Shown here one piece after another: positions 36,856 through 47,021 of a stretch of 64,000 nt of DNA (positions within the stretch are counted from its first letter, which is position 1; each line of letters starts with the position of its first letter). The position numbers and the translations under genes are program-made. Source of the DNA: Myxococcota bacterium (GTDB lineage: Bacteria; Myxococcota_A; UBA796; GCA-2862545); assembly GCA_047626195.1 (NCBI GenBank), contig JBLHSN010000002.1, positions 229 through 64,228 on the forward strand, read 5' to 3'. The notes beneath the pieces were generated by a model, which worked only from the letters and a program-made list of their open reading frames with translations, was not told where the DNA came from and ran no database searches.

Positions 36856-38217
36856 ATGGCCAAGACGTCCGCTGGTCGCCGTTGGGCGCTTAATCTTCTG
36901 AAGCTACTGATTACCATTGGTGGCTTCTATCTTCTGCTTACCCACGAGGTGTCGACCTGGGTTCGCACGAGTACGGGCGCCTACTCCGTGCCGATTACCG
37001 AGCAGGTTGAGTCGGTGTCAGTCGCCGGGCAAACGCTGCCTGAGCTGGGGCCCGATATGCGCGCGGAATCCAGCGCGGTAGGGTGGTTTGCTAGCGATGA
37101 CTTGGTGACTATTCGCTTGGAAGACGGTGCGAATCCGGCCAAGGCGGATCTGGAGCTATCGAGCGGGGAAGAAGTCGGCTCCTTGCCCATTGCCTCTGCC
37201 ATCGCGGACTACGTGACGAAGGTCGATGCGAAGGTCTTTGTATTCTGGTCACTCATTGCGATGTCCATCAAGTTCGTCGGCGTGTTGTCTAGTGCCATGG
37301 CGTGGAATCTGCTGTTGCGTGGGCAGGGGCTGCGGTTCCCGTTCTGGCAGCAGATCGTGACCGCGTTCCTTATTGGTCGTTTCATCGGCACGTTCCTGCC
37401 GTCTACCATTGGCCTAGACGGCTACACGCTGTTCGAGGCCGGCCGCTACAGCAACGAATGGGCCCGAGCGACCACGGCGAAGGCCCTTGAGAAGTTCATC
37501 GGTATCGCTGGGCTGTTCGCCGGCATGCTGCTGACTCTACCGGCTGGCTACGTGGTGTTGACGGACGTGGTTGGCGATCGAGCCTTACTGTTAACGGCCC
37601 TTATTGGTACGTTCTGCATTGTGGTCACCGCCGGCGTCATTGTTGGATTGGTGTTCCCACAGCTGTACCTGTGGGCACTCAACCTCATCGAAGAGCGATT
37701 GCCCGCTCCGCTGCGTCGGCTGGGTTTCGTCCGGCGCTTCATCGATGCCGCTACTGCCTACCGCGGCAAGATTGGCATCGTCTTCGGCGCCCTGCTCCTC
37801 AAGTTCGTCACCCACTTCACCACGGCAATGGTGTACTTCTTCACCGCCTTGGCCATTGGCGTTGTTGGCGTCAGCTTCCTGCCCATCGTCTTTGGCAGTC
37901 TCATCCAGATTTTGGGAACGCTGTTCTCCCCAACGATTGCGGGAGAGGGCGCGCGCGAGGCCATTCAGGCCCTGCTGCTGTCCAACTACTTGGGCGGTGC
38001 CGCCCAGGCAGTTCTGTCGGCCGCGTTGGGCTTCGTTGCGGCCGAGGCTGCGACGCTGTGGGGTGGGGCCTTTTTGTGGACGCGCACCGCCGCTTGGCGG
38101 CCAGCCTTCATGTTGGTGGATGGGAAGCAGGTGGCCTACGAGTGGCTGTCTGACGACGATGATGGACGCTTTGACGCCGATGTCATGGAGCGTGTGCGGA
38201 ACTCGTCCCCACAATGA
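36856..38217 (+). CDS. UPF0104/LPG-synthase-TM (flippase-like) family membrane protein
   Basis: ATG 36856 (MAKTSAGRRWALNLLKLLITIGGFYLLL). Multiple TM segments. The segment WNLLLRGQGLRFPFWQQIVTAFLIGRFIGTFLPSTIGLDGY resembles the family core. An extra ~90-aa loop follows TM1. Confidence 0.5.
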   Translation: MAKTSAGRRWALNLLKLLITIGGFYLLLTHEVSTWVRTSTGAYSVPITEQVESVSVAGQTLPELGPDMRAESSAVGWFASDDLVTIRLEDGANPAKADLELSSGEEVGSLPIASAIADYVTKVDAKVFVFWSLIAMSIKFVGVLSSAMAWNLLLRGQGLRFPFWQQIVTAFLIGRFIGTFLPSTIGLDGYTLFEAGRYSNEWARATTAKALEKFIGIAGLFAGMLLTLPAGYVVLTDVVGDRALLLTALIGTFCIVVTAGVIVGLVFPQLYLWALNLIEERLPAPLRRLGFVRRFIDAATAYRGKIGIVFGALLLKFVTHFTTAMVYFFTALAIGVVGVSFLPIVFGSLIQILGTLFSPTIAGEGAREAIQALLLSNYLGGAAQAVLSAALGFVAAEAATLWGGAFLWTRTAAWRPAFMLVDGKQVAYEWLSDDDDGRFDADVMERVRNSSPQ

Positions 38218-38293
38218 CAGAGAATTTATTGTGATTTCGCGGAGTAACAGTGGTGAGTATGCAACGATACCGTTCGCGCTGATTGGGGGAGTC

Positions 38294-39166
38294 ATGGGCG
38301 AGACGCGCACAATCTCTCGGATATTGCCGGGTCGTCCTGTCACAGACGGCGGCGGCGTGCCCGTGCGCCGAACCATCGGCGACAAGCATCTTGAGACGCT
38401 CGACCCGTTTCTGCTGTTCGATGAGCTGAAATCAGGGGCTCCTGGTGAGCATGATGCCGGCCTTCCAAAACATCCGCATCGTGGTCTTCAAACCATCACC
38501 TATGTCATTGATGGCGAGCTCGATGTGCGCGATAGCCATGGCAACTTCGTGTCGCTCACACCAGGAATGGTGCAGTGGGCACATGCAGGAACTGGCATTA
38601 TCCACGATGAGCTCCCCAAACGAGGGGTGCCCATTCGTGCCATCCAGTTTTGGCTGAACGTACCGGGTCGCGAGAAGATGTCTATGCCGCAGGTACAGAC
38701 GCTTGCCGCCGCCGATATCCCGACTGTAGAACTCCCGATGGGCGGAACCATACGGGTCATTGCGGGCTCGCAGAAGACGGTATCAGGACCGATTGTCGCG
38801 GACCGTACCAAGGCCCTACTGCTCGATGTCAACCTCCCTCGTGGCAGCGGCGTTTCCCTGGACATCCCAGCCGACAAAGTTGCCATGCTCTATGTGTTGC
38901 AGGGGCGAGCAATGTTTGGCATTACTGGAACGTCCACCGGCGAGATGGTTGGCCGAGGGCACCTCATCTTGCTCAGCCAGGGGGATGTCGTGAAGGTGCT
39001 GTCGGGCCACATGGGTGCGCGATTCCTCGTCGTTGGTGCCATACCCATCGGTGAGCCCATCTGCCGCTACGGCCCAATGGCCATGAATACCGCCATTGAA
39101 ATTGAACAAGCCGTTGCCGAGTATCATGCCGGTACCTTTGACCTGAACGCACCTGTTCAGCTCTAG
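38294..39166 (+). CDS. pirin family protein
   Basis: ATG 38294 with GGGGGA upstream. GVPVRRTIG, LDPFLLFDE, HPHRGLQTITYVIDGEL.H.DS.GN, FWLNVP. The longer 37604 ORF is an overlap artefact. Confidence 0.85.
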   Translation: MGETRTISRILPGRPVTDGGGVPVRRTIGDKHLETLDPFLLFDELKSGAPGEHDAGLPKHPHRGLQTITYVIDGELDVRDSHGNFVSLTPGMVQWAHAGTGIIHDELPKRGVPIRAIQFWLNVPGREKMSMPQVQTLAAADIPTVELPMGGTIRVIAGSQKTVSGPIVADRTKALLLDVNLPRGSGVSLDIPADKVAMLYVLQGRAMFGITGTSTGEMVGRGHLILLSQGDVVKVLSGHMGARFLVVGAIPIGEPICRYGPMAMNTAIEIEQAVAEYHAGTFDLNAPVQL

Positions 39167-39200
39167 TTAAGGCCTCTAGCGACGCCTGCGGGAAGATTCG

Positions 39201-40124
39201 ATGCTAGTCAAGACACGTGGAAATACCTTTGGAATCGCCGCGTTTCACTGGCGTGGTTCGGCACTTCGCCAGATCTGGCCATGGGTGCTGCTGGTCGGCC
39301 TCACGTCTCTGGGGGTGGACTTCGCCTACACCACCTTCGAGCTGGATGAGAAGTTTAGCCTGGGGCTAGCGCCATTTTCACTCATCGGATTGGCCTTGTC
39401 CATCTTCCTGGGTTTCAGGAATAACGCGTGCTACGATCGGTTCTGGGAGGCGCGAAAGCACTGGGGAAGCCTGGTGAACAACAGCCGAACCTTCGCGCGT
39501 TCGGTGTCGCTGTATGTGGCGGACCACGATGGTCTTCGCCGTGAGCTGGTCTTGCGACAGCTCGCCTTCGTCCACGCATTGCGCATGCACTTACGTGGCG
39601 AGACCGACTGGCAGATACAGCTCGAAGGGCTGCTCCCAGAGTCGGAGATTGCCGAGTTCAGTCTGGAGCCAAACGTCCCGAATGCCATCACTCGGCGCCT
39701 CGGCGAGCGGTTGCGCGATGCCTGGAAAAACGGTCATGTCGACCTGTTCCACCTGCCCGCGGTGGAAGGCTGTGTGGCCACGGATACGGATGTTCAGGGA
39801 GCGTGCGAGCGCATCAAGAACACGCCACTACCGGCGTCGTACACCATGCTTACTCACCGGATTGTCGGGCTGTACTGTCTGCTTCTGCCGTTCGGGCTGC
39901 ATACCGTCGTGGGTTACCTGACTCCGATTGTGACCATGTTCGTAAGCTACGCTTTCTTTGGTCTAGACGCCGTGGGCTCCGAGATTGAAGACCCCTTCGA
40001 GACCGACGTCAACGATCTGCCGTTGTCGCAGCTGTGCAACGTGATTGAACGCGACCTCCGCCGGTCACTGGGTCAGGTGGACTTGCCTGCCGCCATGGTT
40101 CCCGTGCGCGGCGTACTTCAGTAG
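39201..40124 (+). CDS. bestrophin-family (UPF0187/YneE-like) anion channel
   Basis: 307 aa. LGFRNNACYDRFWEARKHWGSLVN signature, four hydrophobic segments, and a C-terminal DPFE motif (EIEDPFETDVNDLPL). Confidence 0.8.
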   Translation: MLVKTRGNTFGIAAFHWRGSALRQIWPWVLLVGLTSLGVDFAYTTFELDEKFSLGLAPFSLIGLALSIFLGFRNNACYDRFWEARKHWGSLVNNSRTFARSVSLYVADHDGLRRELVLRQLAFVHALRMHLRGETDWQIQLEGLLPESEIAEFSLEPNVPNAITRRLGERLRDAWKNGHVDLFHLPAVEGCVATDTDVQGACERIKNTPLPASYTMLTHRIVGLYCLLLPFGLHTVVGYLTPIVTMFVSYAFFGLDAVGSEIEDPFETDVNDLPLSQLCNVIERDLRRSLGQVDLPAAMVPVRGVLQ

Positions 40125-40897
40125 CGCTCAATAATGTGTAGGCCGTAAGGGGACTCTACAATGCCGCTGCGTTGACCCGGCTGTAGGGCAAACGCAGCGT
40201 CTTCGAAGTCAGGCACCATCTGTCCCGGTGTCACTGTGCCGAGGTCTCCAGCGAACCGGGCCAAGTTGTCTTCGCTGACGTCCCGCACCACGTCCGTCCA
40301 CGAGTCGCCGCCGGTCAGTCGAAGCTGTGCGGCTTCCAACAGAGCCCGGGCCGCAGTCTTGTCCCGTCCGGTGGTCGTGGTCCCGTCCCGCTTTCGGGCG
40401 CCGTCGAAGCCCACAACCATGTGGCGGAAGTTGCCTTCGACAACGGCATCTCGCCGAATGATGTGAAACCCGTAGGCAGTCTGGGTCAGCGCGGCGACTT
40501 CACCGGGGTGTACTTGTGCTGTAGCGGATTCGAACTCGGGCATCATTGTGCCAGCGAGGAACACGCCAATACGACCACCGCGGCCTGAGTTGGGGTCTGC
40601 CGAGTGCTGCGCTGCGAGGGCCTCGAAGTTGGCGCCGCCCACAGCCTGAGCGTGCACCGACTGTGCCAGCGTCCGAGCCTGCGCCTGTGAGCGTGCAGAC
40701 GTACTTTGGTGCGCGGTGTCGTAGTCAATGAGAATGTGCGACGCCCCGTACCGTCCGGAGGGAACCAAGCGCGGTGGAACGGCGACGGGCGCGGACGAAG
40801 CTGGGGTCACAATGGGGGTAGAGACGGTTGCTGGAGCGGGGTCGTTCGGTGTTGGTGACCCACATGCCATCAGCAGTGCAGCAGCAAACATGCGCAT
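40118..40897 (-). CDS. parvulin-type peptidyl-prolyl isomerase lipoprotein (two PpiC domains)
   Basis: Lipobox LLMACGSP. Two rotamase-like segments (ASHILIDYD...TAYGFHIIRR and FRHMVVGFD...SPYGLHIIERY). Abuts the porin gene with zero gap. Confidence 0.75.
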   Translation of the reverse strand: MRMFAAALLMACGSPTPNDPAPATVSTPIVTPASSAPVAVPPRLVPSGRYGASHILIDYDTAHQSTSARSQAQARTLAQSVHAQAVGGANFEALAAQHSADPNSGRGGRIGVFLAGTMMPEFESATAQVHPGEVAALTQTAYGFHIIRRDAVVEGNFRHMVVGFDGARKRDGTTTTGRDKTAARALLEAAQLRLTGGDSWTDVVRDVSEDNLARFAGDLGTVTPGQMVPDFEDAAFALQPGQRSGIVESPYGLHIIERY

Positions 40898-42031
40898 TTA
40901 TAGAAGTTCGCCCGAGCGGTCGTTGAGTGGGAAGCGGAACTGAGTCCAGATGCGCACCGTGTCGTTGTTGACCGAGCGTCCCTGGCGTTCGAGACGCAGG
41001 ATGTAGCCGGCGCCAAGGTCGATACCTGGAGCGATGTCATGGAAGTTGGCACCTACGTGCACAATCGAGACATCACCGTTGTCCTTGAGCTGGGTCGCGT
41101 CGTCCAAGCTGGAGTAACGAGCCGCGATTTCCAAGCCGCCGTCTAGGAGGGGGAAGCCGGCTGACAACTGGCCCGTAAAGCCGATGGCTGTGGTATCCGA
41201 CACGACGGTCGGTGCTGCGATGAGGTCATCCTTGGGTGAAGTGGCGTTGCGAGTAATGCCGACAGTCGCGGTGATGGGGCCAACGCGGGCGAGGGCGTCA
41301 GCGTTGAGACCTAGGGTGTTGGTCGAGATGTCGTCGTTGTACAGCGCTGACAACGCGACACCGTATGCGGCTTCTCCGTCTGGCGAGTAGGTCCGGTAGG
41401 TGTCGCCGCTGGCTAGCTCCACGCGAGCCGCTCCCATGACGCCGTCGTTGTTGTCGCCGAGGATGTTTCCGTTGCCGTTGTACACGCCGGCGCGACCGCG
41501 GAAGATGCCTTGAGTGGTATCGAACATCACGCCGACGTCGCGAATCGGGGATGTCCAGATCGTCCCTACGCCGCGCTCTTGGAAGGTGAGGTCTAGAGAA
41601 GACATCAGCGTTTCGCGCGCGAACGGAACCGGGACAATACCGGCGGCAATTGTTGTGTTGCGTTTCTCACCGAAGCGATATCCGCCGTAGGCGTCAACAA
41701 TCTGAATGAGGTCTTCGGACGTGGACAAACCGTCGTATGGAGCGCCCGTTCCCATGGAAACGCGCCAGAACGTGCCCCCCATGTTGCCGGTCAGCCCGAT
41801 GCGCGCGCGGCGGATGGAGAAGCCGATGTCTGCTTCGGGGTCACCGTAGCTGGACGGGTCGGCTTGCGGGTCTTCGTCCATGTCGAAGGCTGTGGACCAC
41901 ACTTGAACGCGTGCTGTGGGCTGCAGAACCAGGTTGTTCTCAAGCACATTCAAGACAATTTGACCATCCGAATGGTCTTGGGCTTGGGCTGGGGCCACCA
42001 GCAATGTCAGAAGTGTGACGAGTGCAGTCAT
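40898..42031 (-). CDS. outer-membrane beta-barrel porin-like protein
   Basis: Signal peptide ...LLVAPAQAQ. 377 aa with alternating amphipathic strands. Gly/Asn/Asp/Tyr-rich. Aromatic-rich near the C-terminus (IWTQFRF). The family was not identified. Confidence 0.45.
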   Translation of the reverse strand: MTALVTLLTLLVAPAQAQDHSDGQIVLNVLENNLVLQPTARVQVWSTAFDMDEDPQADPSSYGDPEADIGFSIRRARIGLTGNMGGTFWRVSMGTGAPYDGLSTSEDLIQIVDAYGGYRFGEKRNTTIAAGIVPVPFARETLMSSLDLTFQERGVGTIWTSPIRDVGVMFDTTQGIFRGRAGVYNGNGNILGDNNDGVMGAARVELASGDTYRTYSPDGEAAYGVALSALYNDDISTNTLGLNADALARVGPITATVGITRNATSPKDDLIAAPTVVSDTTAIGFTGQLSAGFPLLDGGLEIAARYSSLDDATQLKDNGDVSIVHVGANFHDIAPGIDLGAGYILRLERQGRSVNNDTVRIWTQFRFPLNDRSGELL

Positions 42032-42070
42032 GATGCAGATCCTTTGCGTGATGGGCGGTATGATAGCCGC

Positions 42071-45000
42071 ATGCAGACCCTACGTCCGACTCGCCGTTCA
42101 TTTCCCACGTTCCTCGGCCTCTTCGCCATCAGCCTTGCGCTGATCCCCGGCTGCGCCGAGGAGGAACCGTACGCCCGCGCCTTTGAGATCACCCGCCTAG
42201 ACCAGACGATTGGGGGTCCAAAGTCATTGGCTCGTCCCGCAGACCCGTCCACGGACCGACCCGGCGACTTGATGTTGGAGAACGACCGAATCCGGGTGAC
42301 CATCTTGGGTGCGCACCCGAGCATGGGGCCGTCGGTCTTCGGTGGCTCTCTGGCAGACGCCGACATCCAGTGGAATGACCCACGCTTCAGTGGCGGAAAG
42401 GGGAAAGACCAGCTCGCTGAGGTTTTTGCAAACGCCAACATGAATGTGTTGGCACCCTTGGAAGACGACGACGTATTCATCCTCGCTGACGGGTCGGATG
42501 GCGGACCCGCGGTCATACGGGTGGTGTCGCTCTCCGAGCCCTTTTTGACGTTGCTTAAGCCGTTGTGGGGGCTGTCTAATCAGCCCGAATTCCACCTCAT
42601 CACCGACTACTCGCTGTCACCGGGCGAGTCGTGGGTGCGTATGGACAGCACGGTGGTCCTGGGCTGGGACGGGGAAGGCGAGTTGCCGGCAGCCGAGGCC
42701 ATGCTCCCGATTGAGCCCAACTTCCCGCTGATTGAGACCGCCGTCGAGAACGGAATCGTCGGCGGAGACTTTTACCTTCAGGGCGGTTCGGTCAACGTAT
42801 TTGGACCCGGCATGGGCTTTGACGAGAGTGGTTTTGTCGCTGAACAACGCGAGCTGGACCGCAACCTGTTCTTGGATCCGGCAGGCTTCGAGTTCCTCGC
42901 AGGTGTCGGAGATGGCGTTAGTTACGGCATTGCTGGCGCTGTAGGAGACGTCTACGTCCCCCTGTTTACCGCTTCGCAGACGGCCACTTTCTACGAGTTC
43001 TCACCCACCCGCTCGGGTCAGAAGAGCCTAAGCTACAGCCGATACTTCTTTGTAGGCACCGGCGATGTGGGCAGCATTCTCGACGGTATCATCCGGGTCA
43101 AAGAGATTCCCCATGGCACTCTGCACGGTGTGGTTCTCGAGGAAGGCACCAGCTCACCGCGCAGCGGCTACGATGTGTTCGCCTACCGGCCTGGAGACGA
43201 CGGCCCATACAGCCAGTGGCGGACAGATGTAGACCCCCGCGACGACGTCGCAGACGGATCCTTCGGTGGCACTCTGCCAGTGGGCGACTGGGAGCTTATG
43301 GTCCACCAACAAGGCCGTCCGGACAGCGAGCGGTTGGCCGTTACGGTTGCCGAAGGCAGCGACCAAGACGTGGTCCTCATCTCACCACGACCCGGCCTGT
43401 TCTCGTTCACCATTCGTGACGAACGTGGTCTTCCAGTACCTGCCAAGGTCACGCTGTTCGCCGTCGATGACGAGGTGAGTCGGGACCCCACATTGGGTGA
43501 CAGCTTTATTGGTGGAAACCCCGAAGCGGTTCTCTTTCCCATGTACGGCAGCGGTGAAGCCGAGCTTCCCGATGGCGAGTACTACGCCGTGGCCAGCCGC
43601 GGTCTTGAGTATGAGCTGGACATCAGCGAGCCATTCCTCATCGATGCCACCCGCCGTACCCACCTCAACTTCACCGTCATTCGGTCGGTTCAGACCGATG
43701 GCTGGGTGAGTGCCGACCTTCACGTCCACGCGGTCCGTTCCCACGACAGCGGCGTTGCACTGGCTGACCGTGTTCGGACAATGGTGTGCGAGGGCGTCGA
43801 GTTCTTTGCGGCCACGGACCACGACTGGATCACGGACTACGCGCCGACCATCGAGATGTTGGAGATGGGCGAGTGGGTGCAGAGCGCTCCCGGTAACGAG
43901 GTCACGACCATCGAGACCGGCCACTTCTTGGGCTTTCCGCTCGCCGAAGACTTCCTCGGAGATGCCGGTGGAGCGGTCGACTGGACCGGCCTGACCCCCG
44001 AAGAGATGATTGAGCAGCTTCGCGAGATTGGCGAAGAAGCGGGCCTCGACCCGGTGGTGTTCATTGGCCACCCCCGCGCGGGTATCCTCGGGTACTTCGA
44101 CCAGTACGGCCTGGATCCGTATAGCGGAACCATCGAGAATGTTGTGTCCCGTCCGAGCATCCTGACCGCTTCGAACCCACTTATCAGCCCGGACGAGCTG
44201 TCCATGGAGTTCGACGCCATCGAGCTGATGGGAACCAAAGACCTCATCTTTTTGCGCACGCCAACGCAGCCAGAGCTGGACCAGCAGCGCACGCGGGGAG
44301 ACCTCGAGATCATTGATGTGATGACCCGCACCCTTGAAGAACAGCAGGGCCTTCGCGACGGTGAGTTTCGCCTTGGCTACGGTATTGAGGGTCAGATTGA
44401 TGACTGGTTCACCCTGTTGAACCTAGGTTATCGCTACACGGCGCTCGGCAACTCGGACACCCACGGCGTCACCAGCACCGAGGCGGGCTGTCCGCGAAAC
44501 TTCATCTTGTCAGAAACCGACGACCCGGCCTTCATCGACGACCAAGCCATGGCCGATGCGGTGAAAGAGCACCGGGTCATTGCTTCGTATGGTCCGTACT
44601 TACAGATGTGGATCAACGGGGAAATGGTCGGCTCGGAAGTGGTCGACGAAGACGGTGTAATTGACATCACGATCGAGGTGCAAGCCCCTACATGGATGGA
44701 TGTTGATCGGGTTGAGCTGTATCAAAACGGAACTCTCGTCGAGGTGTTGATAGCAGACAATCCTGACGAGGTGATTCGTCTGTCGACCACGCTCGAACGG
44801 TCCATTGACCAGGACTCCTGGTACGTGGCTATCGCGACGGGAGACGACTCCATGAGCCCCGTGTTCACCCCGGTTGAGATCCCATACATCCCGCTGGACG
44901 AGATTGTCATTGAAGCCCTGGGCGGGGTTGGCAGCGTGGCCACGTTCCTGTCACCGTCGATTCCAATGCCGCTGACCTATCCGATTCATCCGTACGCTCT

Positions 45001-45112
45001 GACCAACCCCATCTGGGTAGACGTCGATGGCGACGGCTTTGACGCCCCAGGCCTTCCCGATTGGCTCCTTGCCCCTGAAGAGCCGGTTGAAGAAGAGACC
45101 GGCGACGAGTAG
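42071..45112 (+). CDS. large PHP-domain (CehA/McbA-like metallohydrolase) lipoprotein
   Basis: ATG 42071 gives MQTLRPTRRSFPTFLGLFAISLALIPGCAEE (lipobox). PHP-type metal-ligand motifs: ADLHVHAVRSHDSG, FFAATDHD, GNEVT, FIGHP, LGNSDTHG. 1013 aa. The upstream part of the 41864 ORF overlaps the porin gene. Confidence 0.65.
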   Translation: MQTLRPTRRSFPTFLGLFAISLALIPGCAEEEPYARAFEITRLDQTIGGPKSLARPADPSTDRPGDLMLENDRIRVTILGAHPSMGPSVFGGSLADADIQWNDPRFSGGKGKDQLAEVFANANMNVLAPLEDDDVFILADGSDGGPAVIRVVSLSEPFLTLLKPLWGLSNQPEFHLITDYSLSPGESWVRMDSTVVLGWDGEGELPAAEAMLPIEPNFPLIETAVENGIVGGDFYLQGGSVNVFGPGMGFDESGFVAEQRELDRNLFLDPAGFEFLAGVGDGVSYGIAGAVGDVYVPLFTASQTATFYEFSPTRSGQKSLSYSRYFFVGTGDVGSILDGIIRVKEIPHGTLHGVVLEEGTSSPRSGYDVFAYRPGDDGPYSQWRTDVDPRDDVADGSFGGTLPVGDWELMVHQQGRPDSERLAVTVAEGSDQDVVLISPRPGLFSFTIRDERGLPVPAKVTLFAVDDEVSRDPTLGDSFIGGNPEAVLFPMYGSGEAELPDGEYYAVASRGLEYELDISEPFLIDATRRTHLNFTVIRSVQTDGWVSADLHVHAVRSHDSGVALADRVRTMVCEGVEFFAATDHDWITDYAPTIEMLEMGEWVQSAPGNEVTTIETGHFLGFPLAEDFLGDAGGAVDWTGLTPEEMIEQLREIGEEAGLDPVVFIGHPRAGILGYFDQYGLDPYSGTIENVVSRPSILTASNPLISPDELSMEFDAIELMGTKDLIFLRTPTQPELDQQRTRGDLEIIDVMTRTLEEQQGLRDGEFRLGYGIEGQIDDWFTLLNLGYRYTALGNSDTHGVTSTEAGCPRNFILSETDDPAFIDDQAMADAVKEHRVIASYGPYLQMWINGEMVGSEVVDEDGVIDITIEVQAPTWMDVDRVELYQNGTLVEVLIADNPDEVIRLSTTLERSIDQDSWYVAIATGDDSMSPVFTPVEIPYIPLDEIVIEALGGVGSVATFLSPSIPMPLTYPIHPYALTNPIWVDVDGDGFDAPGLPDWLLAPEEPVEEETGDE

Positions 45113-45589
45113 AGCCGCCGTCTCGGAGGAACTGTACAGATCGCAGGTCGCGGACTGACAGGAAAGCCGCCCCGCACGCTTGTGAGGGTCGGCGTGTAGG
45201 GAGACGCACTCGTGGTGGGAGCTGAGGTTGCACCGGCCATGCCGGACGCGGCGTTGTTGGGGGGGGGTGCTCACCGCCGACACCACGGTGACTGCTGTTG
45301 TGTGGCTAGCCGGAGTCGCACTCAACAACACCCGCAGGGACGGCCCGCTCCGGTCTGTGGCACCACGTCGCTTGGCGGTGGCTAGTGTGGAGGGATGGGA
45401 CATCACGGTGTTGTTGGTGACCGTCAGGGTGCCCCTCATGGATGCACGAATGAACAGCCGCTGTCCGACCTCTGTTGCCCATTGGCGACGCATTCCAATG
45501 ATTTTCCTGCTGTGGTACAGCCGCGCCTAGCGACGCGTTTCCGCAACCGGCTCTGACTCGGTTATGCGCGCGCCACCGAAGGAGGCACT

Positions 45590-46909
45590 GTGCCGCGCGT
45601 ATCCGCTCAGCCGTTCTCGAATGCCCTGATTGTCGAGGGGCCCCACCTGAACCTCGATGACCATCTGCGAGCGGTTGGCATTGTCCCGCACCGCATCGAC
45701 AAGGTTCCAGACGAGTCCGCCCTTATCGATGCGATTCGCCGTACAAACGCCGAAGTCCTGTTTAAGCGCAGTCGGGTTCCAGTCACTGCCGAAGTTCTCG
45801 CCGCCTGTGCGTCACTGCATGCTGTTCAGCTGTGCTGTATCGGTGATGACAGTGTCGACACCGAAGCGGCTGCATCCCATGGCGTCATGGTCTTCAACGA
45901 CCCGGTCAGCAATGGCCGAAGCGTTGTAGAGCTAGCGGTGGCGCACCTTATCGCCATGGCACGTCGCTTGTACGAGACCGACGTTGCTGCCCACGACAAC
46001 CGTTGGGAAAAGAATGCGACCGGTCGCTACGAAGTTGCTGGCAAGCGTCTGGGCATCATTGGGCTCGGTAATATTGGTCGCCAGGTGGCGCGTGTTTGTG
46101 CGGCGTTGGGCATGGAGATTGCGTTCTTCGACTCCCGTCCGGTTGCCGTTGAAGTGGGCATAGAGATGGGATGGACGTCCTGTCCGGACCTGGACACCTT
46201 GTTCCGCAGCTGCGACATGGCCTCGGTTCACACCAGCGCCAAGGACTTCTGGGGCAAGGACAATGATGGGTTCCTCGACCCGTACCTGCCGATACTCGGA
46301 GCGGACCGAGACGACAACGGGCCGCGTCTGTTCTTGAATCTTGCCCGTGGCAATGTTCATTCCGTCGAAGCTCTGAAGGACGCCATCGCAAGCGGAAGAG
46401 TGCGTCGCGCAGCCGTGGACGTGTACCCGAGCGAGCCCCGTCCGGGAGCTGCGTGGATCAACCCGTACGCCGACGAGCCGCGCGTCATCTGCACGCCGCA
46501 CATCGGTGCTGCCACCCAAGAAGCCCAACCCCGAATCGCCCGACGTGTCGCTACAACAATTGGCGAGTTCAGTCGTTTTGGCTCGGTTCGGGACTGTGTC
46601 TTTGCGCCGCGCGCTGCTTTGTCGCTCAAGGACAATGCCCGCGGTAAGACGCTGCTTGCGGTCACCCATAGTACGGTTCGCGGAACGAAGAAGGCGGTTG
46701 ATGACGCCATCTACTCGGCAGAGGCTAACAATCTAGGCTCAACCCATCGTGACTTCGACATCGGCGTTGCCTACGATTTGAGCCTACTTGATCGCCCTCT
46801 CACGGACGCCGAGCTGGAGAACTTGTTCGCCAACGCCGATGACTTGTCGCAGGACATCAAGGCCGTGCGTAGCGTGCGTCAGATCCAGGTACCCGAGGGT
46901 GGCTGGTAA
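45590..46909 (+). CDS. serA: D-3-phosphoglycerate dehydrogenase-like 2-hydroxyacid dehydrogenase
   Basis: GTG start with AAGGAGG 5 nt upstream. NAD fold GIIGLGNIGRQVA. LNLARG. TPHIGAAT. C-terminal ~90-aa regulatory-like extension. Confidence 0.75.
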   Translation: MPRVSAQPFSNALIVEGPHLNLDDHLRAVGIVPHRIDKVPDESALIDAIRRTNAEVLFKRSRVPVTAEVLAACASLHAVQLCCIGDDSVDTEAAASHGVMVFNDPVSNGRSVVELAVAHLIAMARRLYETDVAAHDNRWEKNATGRYEVAGKRLGIIGLGNIGRQVARVCAALGMEIAFFDSRPVAVEVGIEMGWTSCPDLDTLFRSCDMASVHTSAKDFWGKDNDGFLDPYLPILGADRDDNGPRLFLNLARGNVHSVEALKDAIASGRVRRAAVDVYPSEPRPGAAWINPYADEPRVICTPHIGAATQEAQPRIARRVATTIGEFSRFGSVRDCVFAPRAALSLKDNARGKTLLAVTHSTVRGTKKAVDDAIYSAEANNLGSTHRDFDIGVAYDLSLLDRPLTDAELENLFANADDLSQDIKAVRSVRQIQVPEGGW

Positions 46910-47021
46910 ACGGGTCTTGAAAGTGGGACGTCGGTAGATCCCGCTGGCGGGCGAGTTCTGACGTCCGATAGCTGACTTCCGAATTGCCCAGATTTGCGCC
47001 AAGCGAATCGTATGCGAAACG

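Noticed and set aside
37604-38293. 5' 690 nt of the 520-aa ORF 37604-39166, which would give a long N-terminal extension to pirin
   Set aside because: It overlaps the UPF0104 membrane-protein gene in another frame. It encodes Ser/Pro/Cys/Arg-rich low-complexity sequence typical of off-frame translation of GC-rich DNA. Pirin homology and an SD begin at 38294.
41864-42070. Upstream extension of the PHP-lipoprotein ORF (start at 41864)
   Set aside because: It overlaps the porin gene on the opposite strand. The extension is Cys/His-rich nonsense, whereas ATG 42071 gives a textbook lipoprotein signal peptide.
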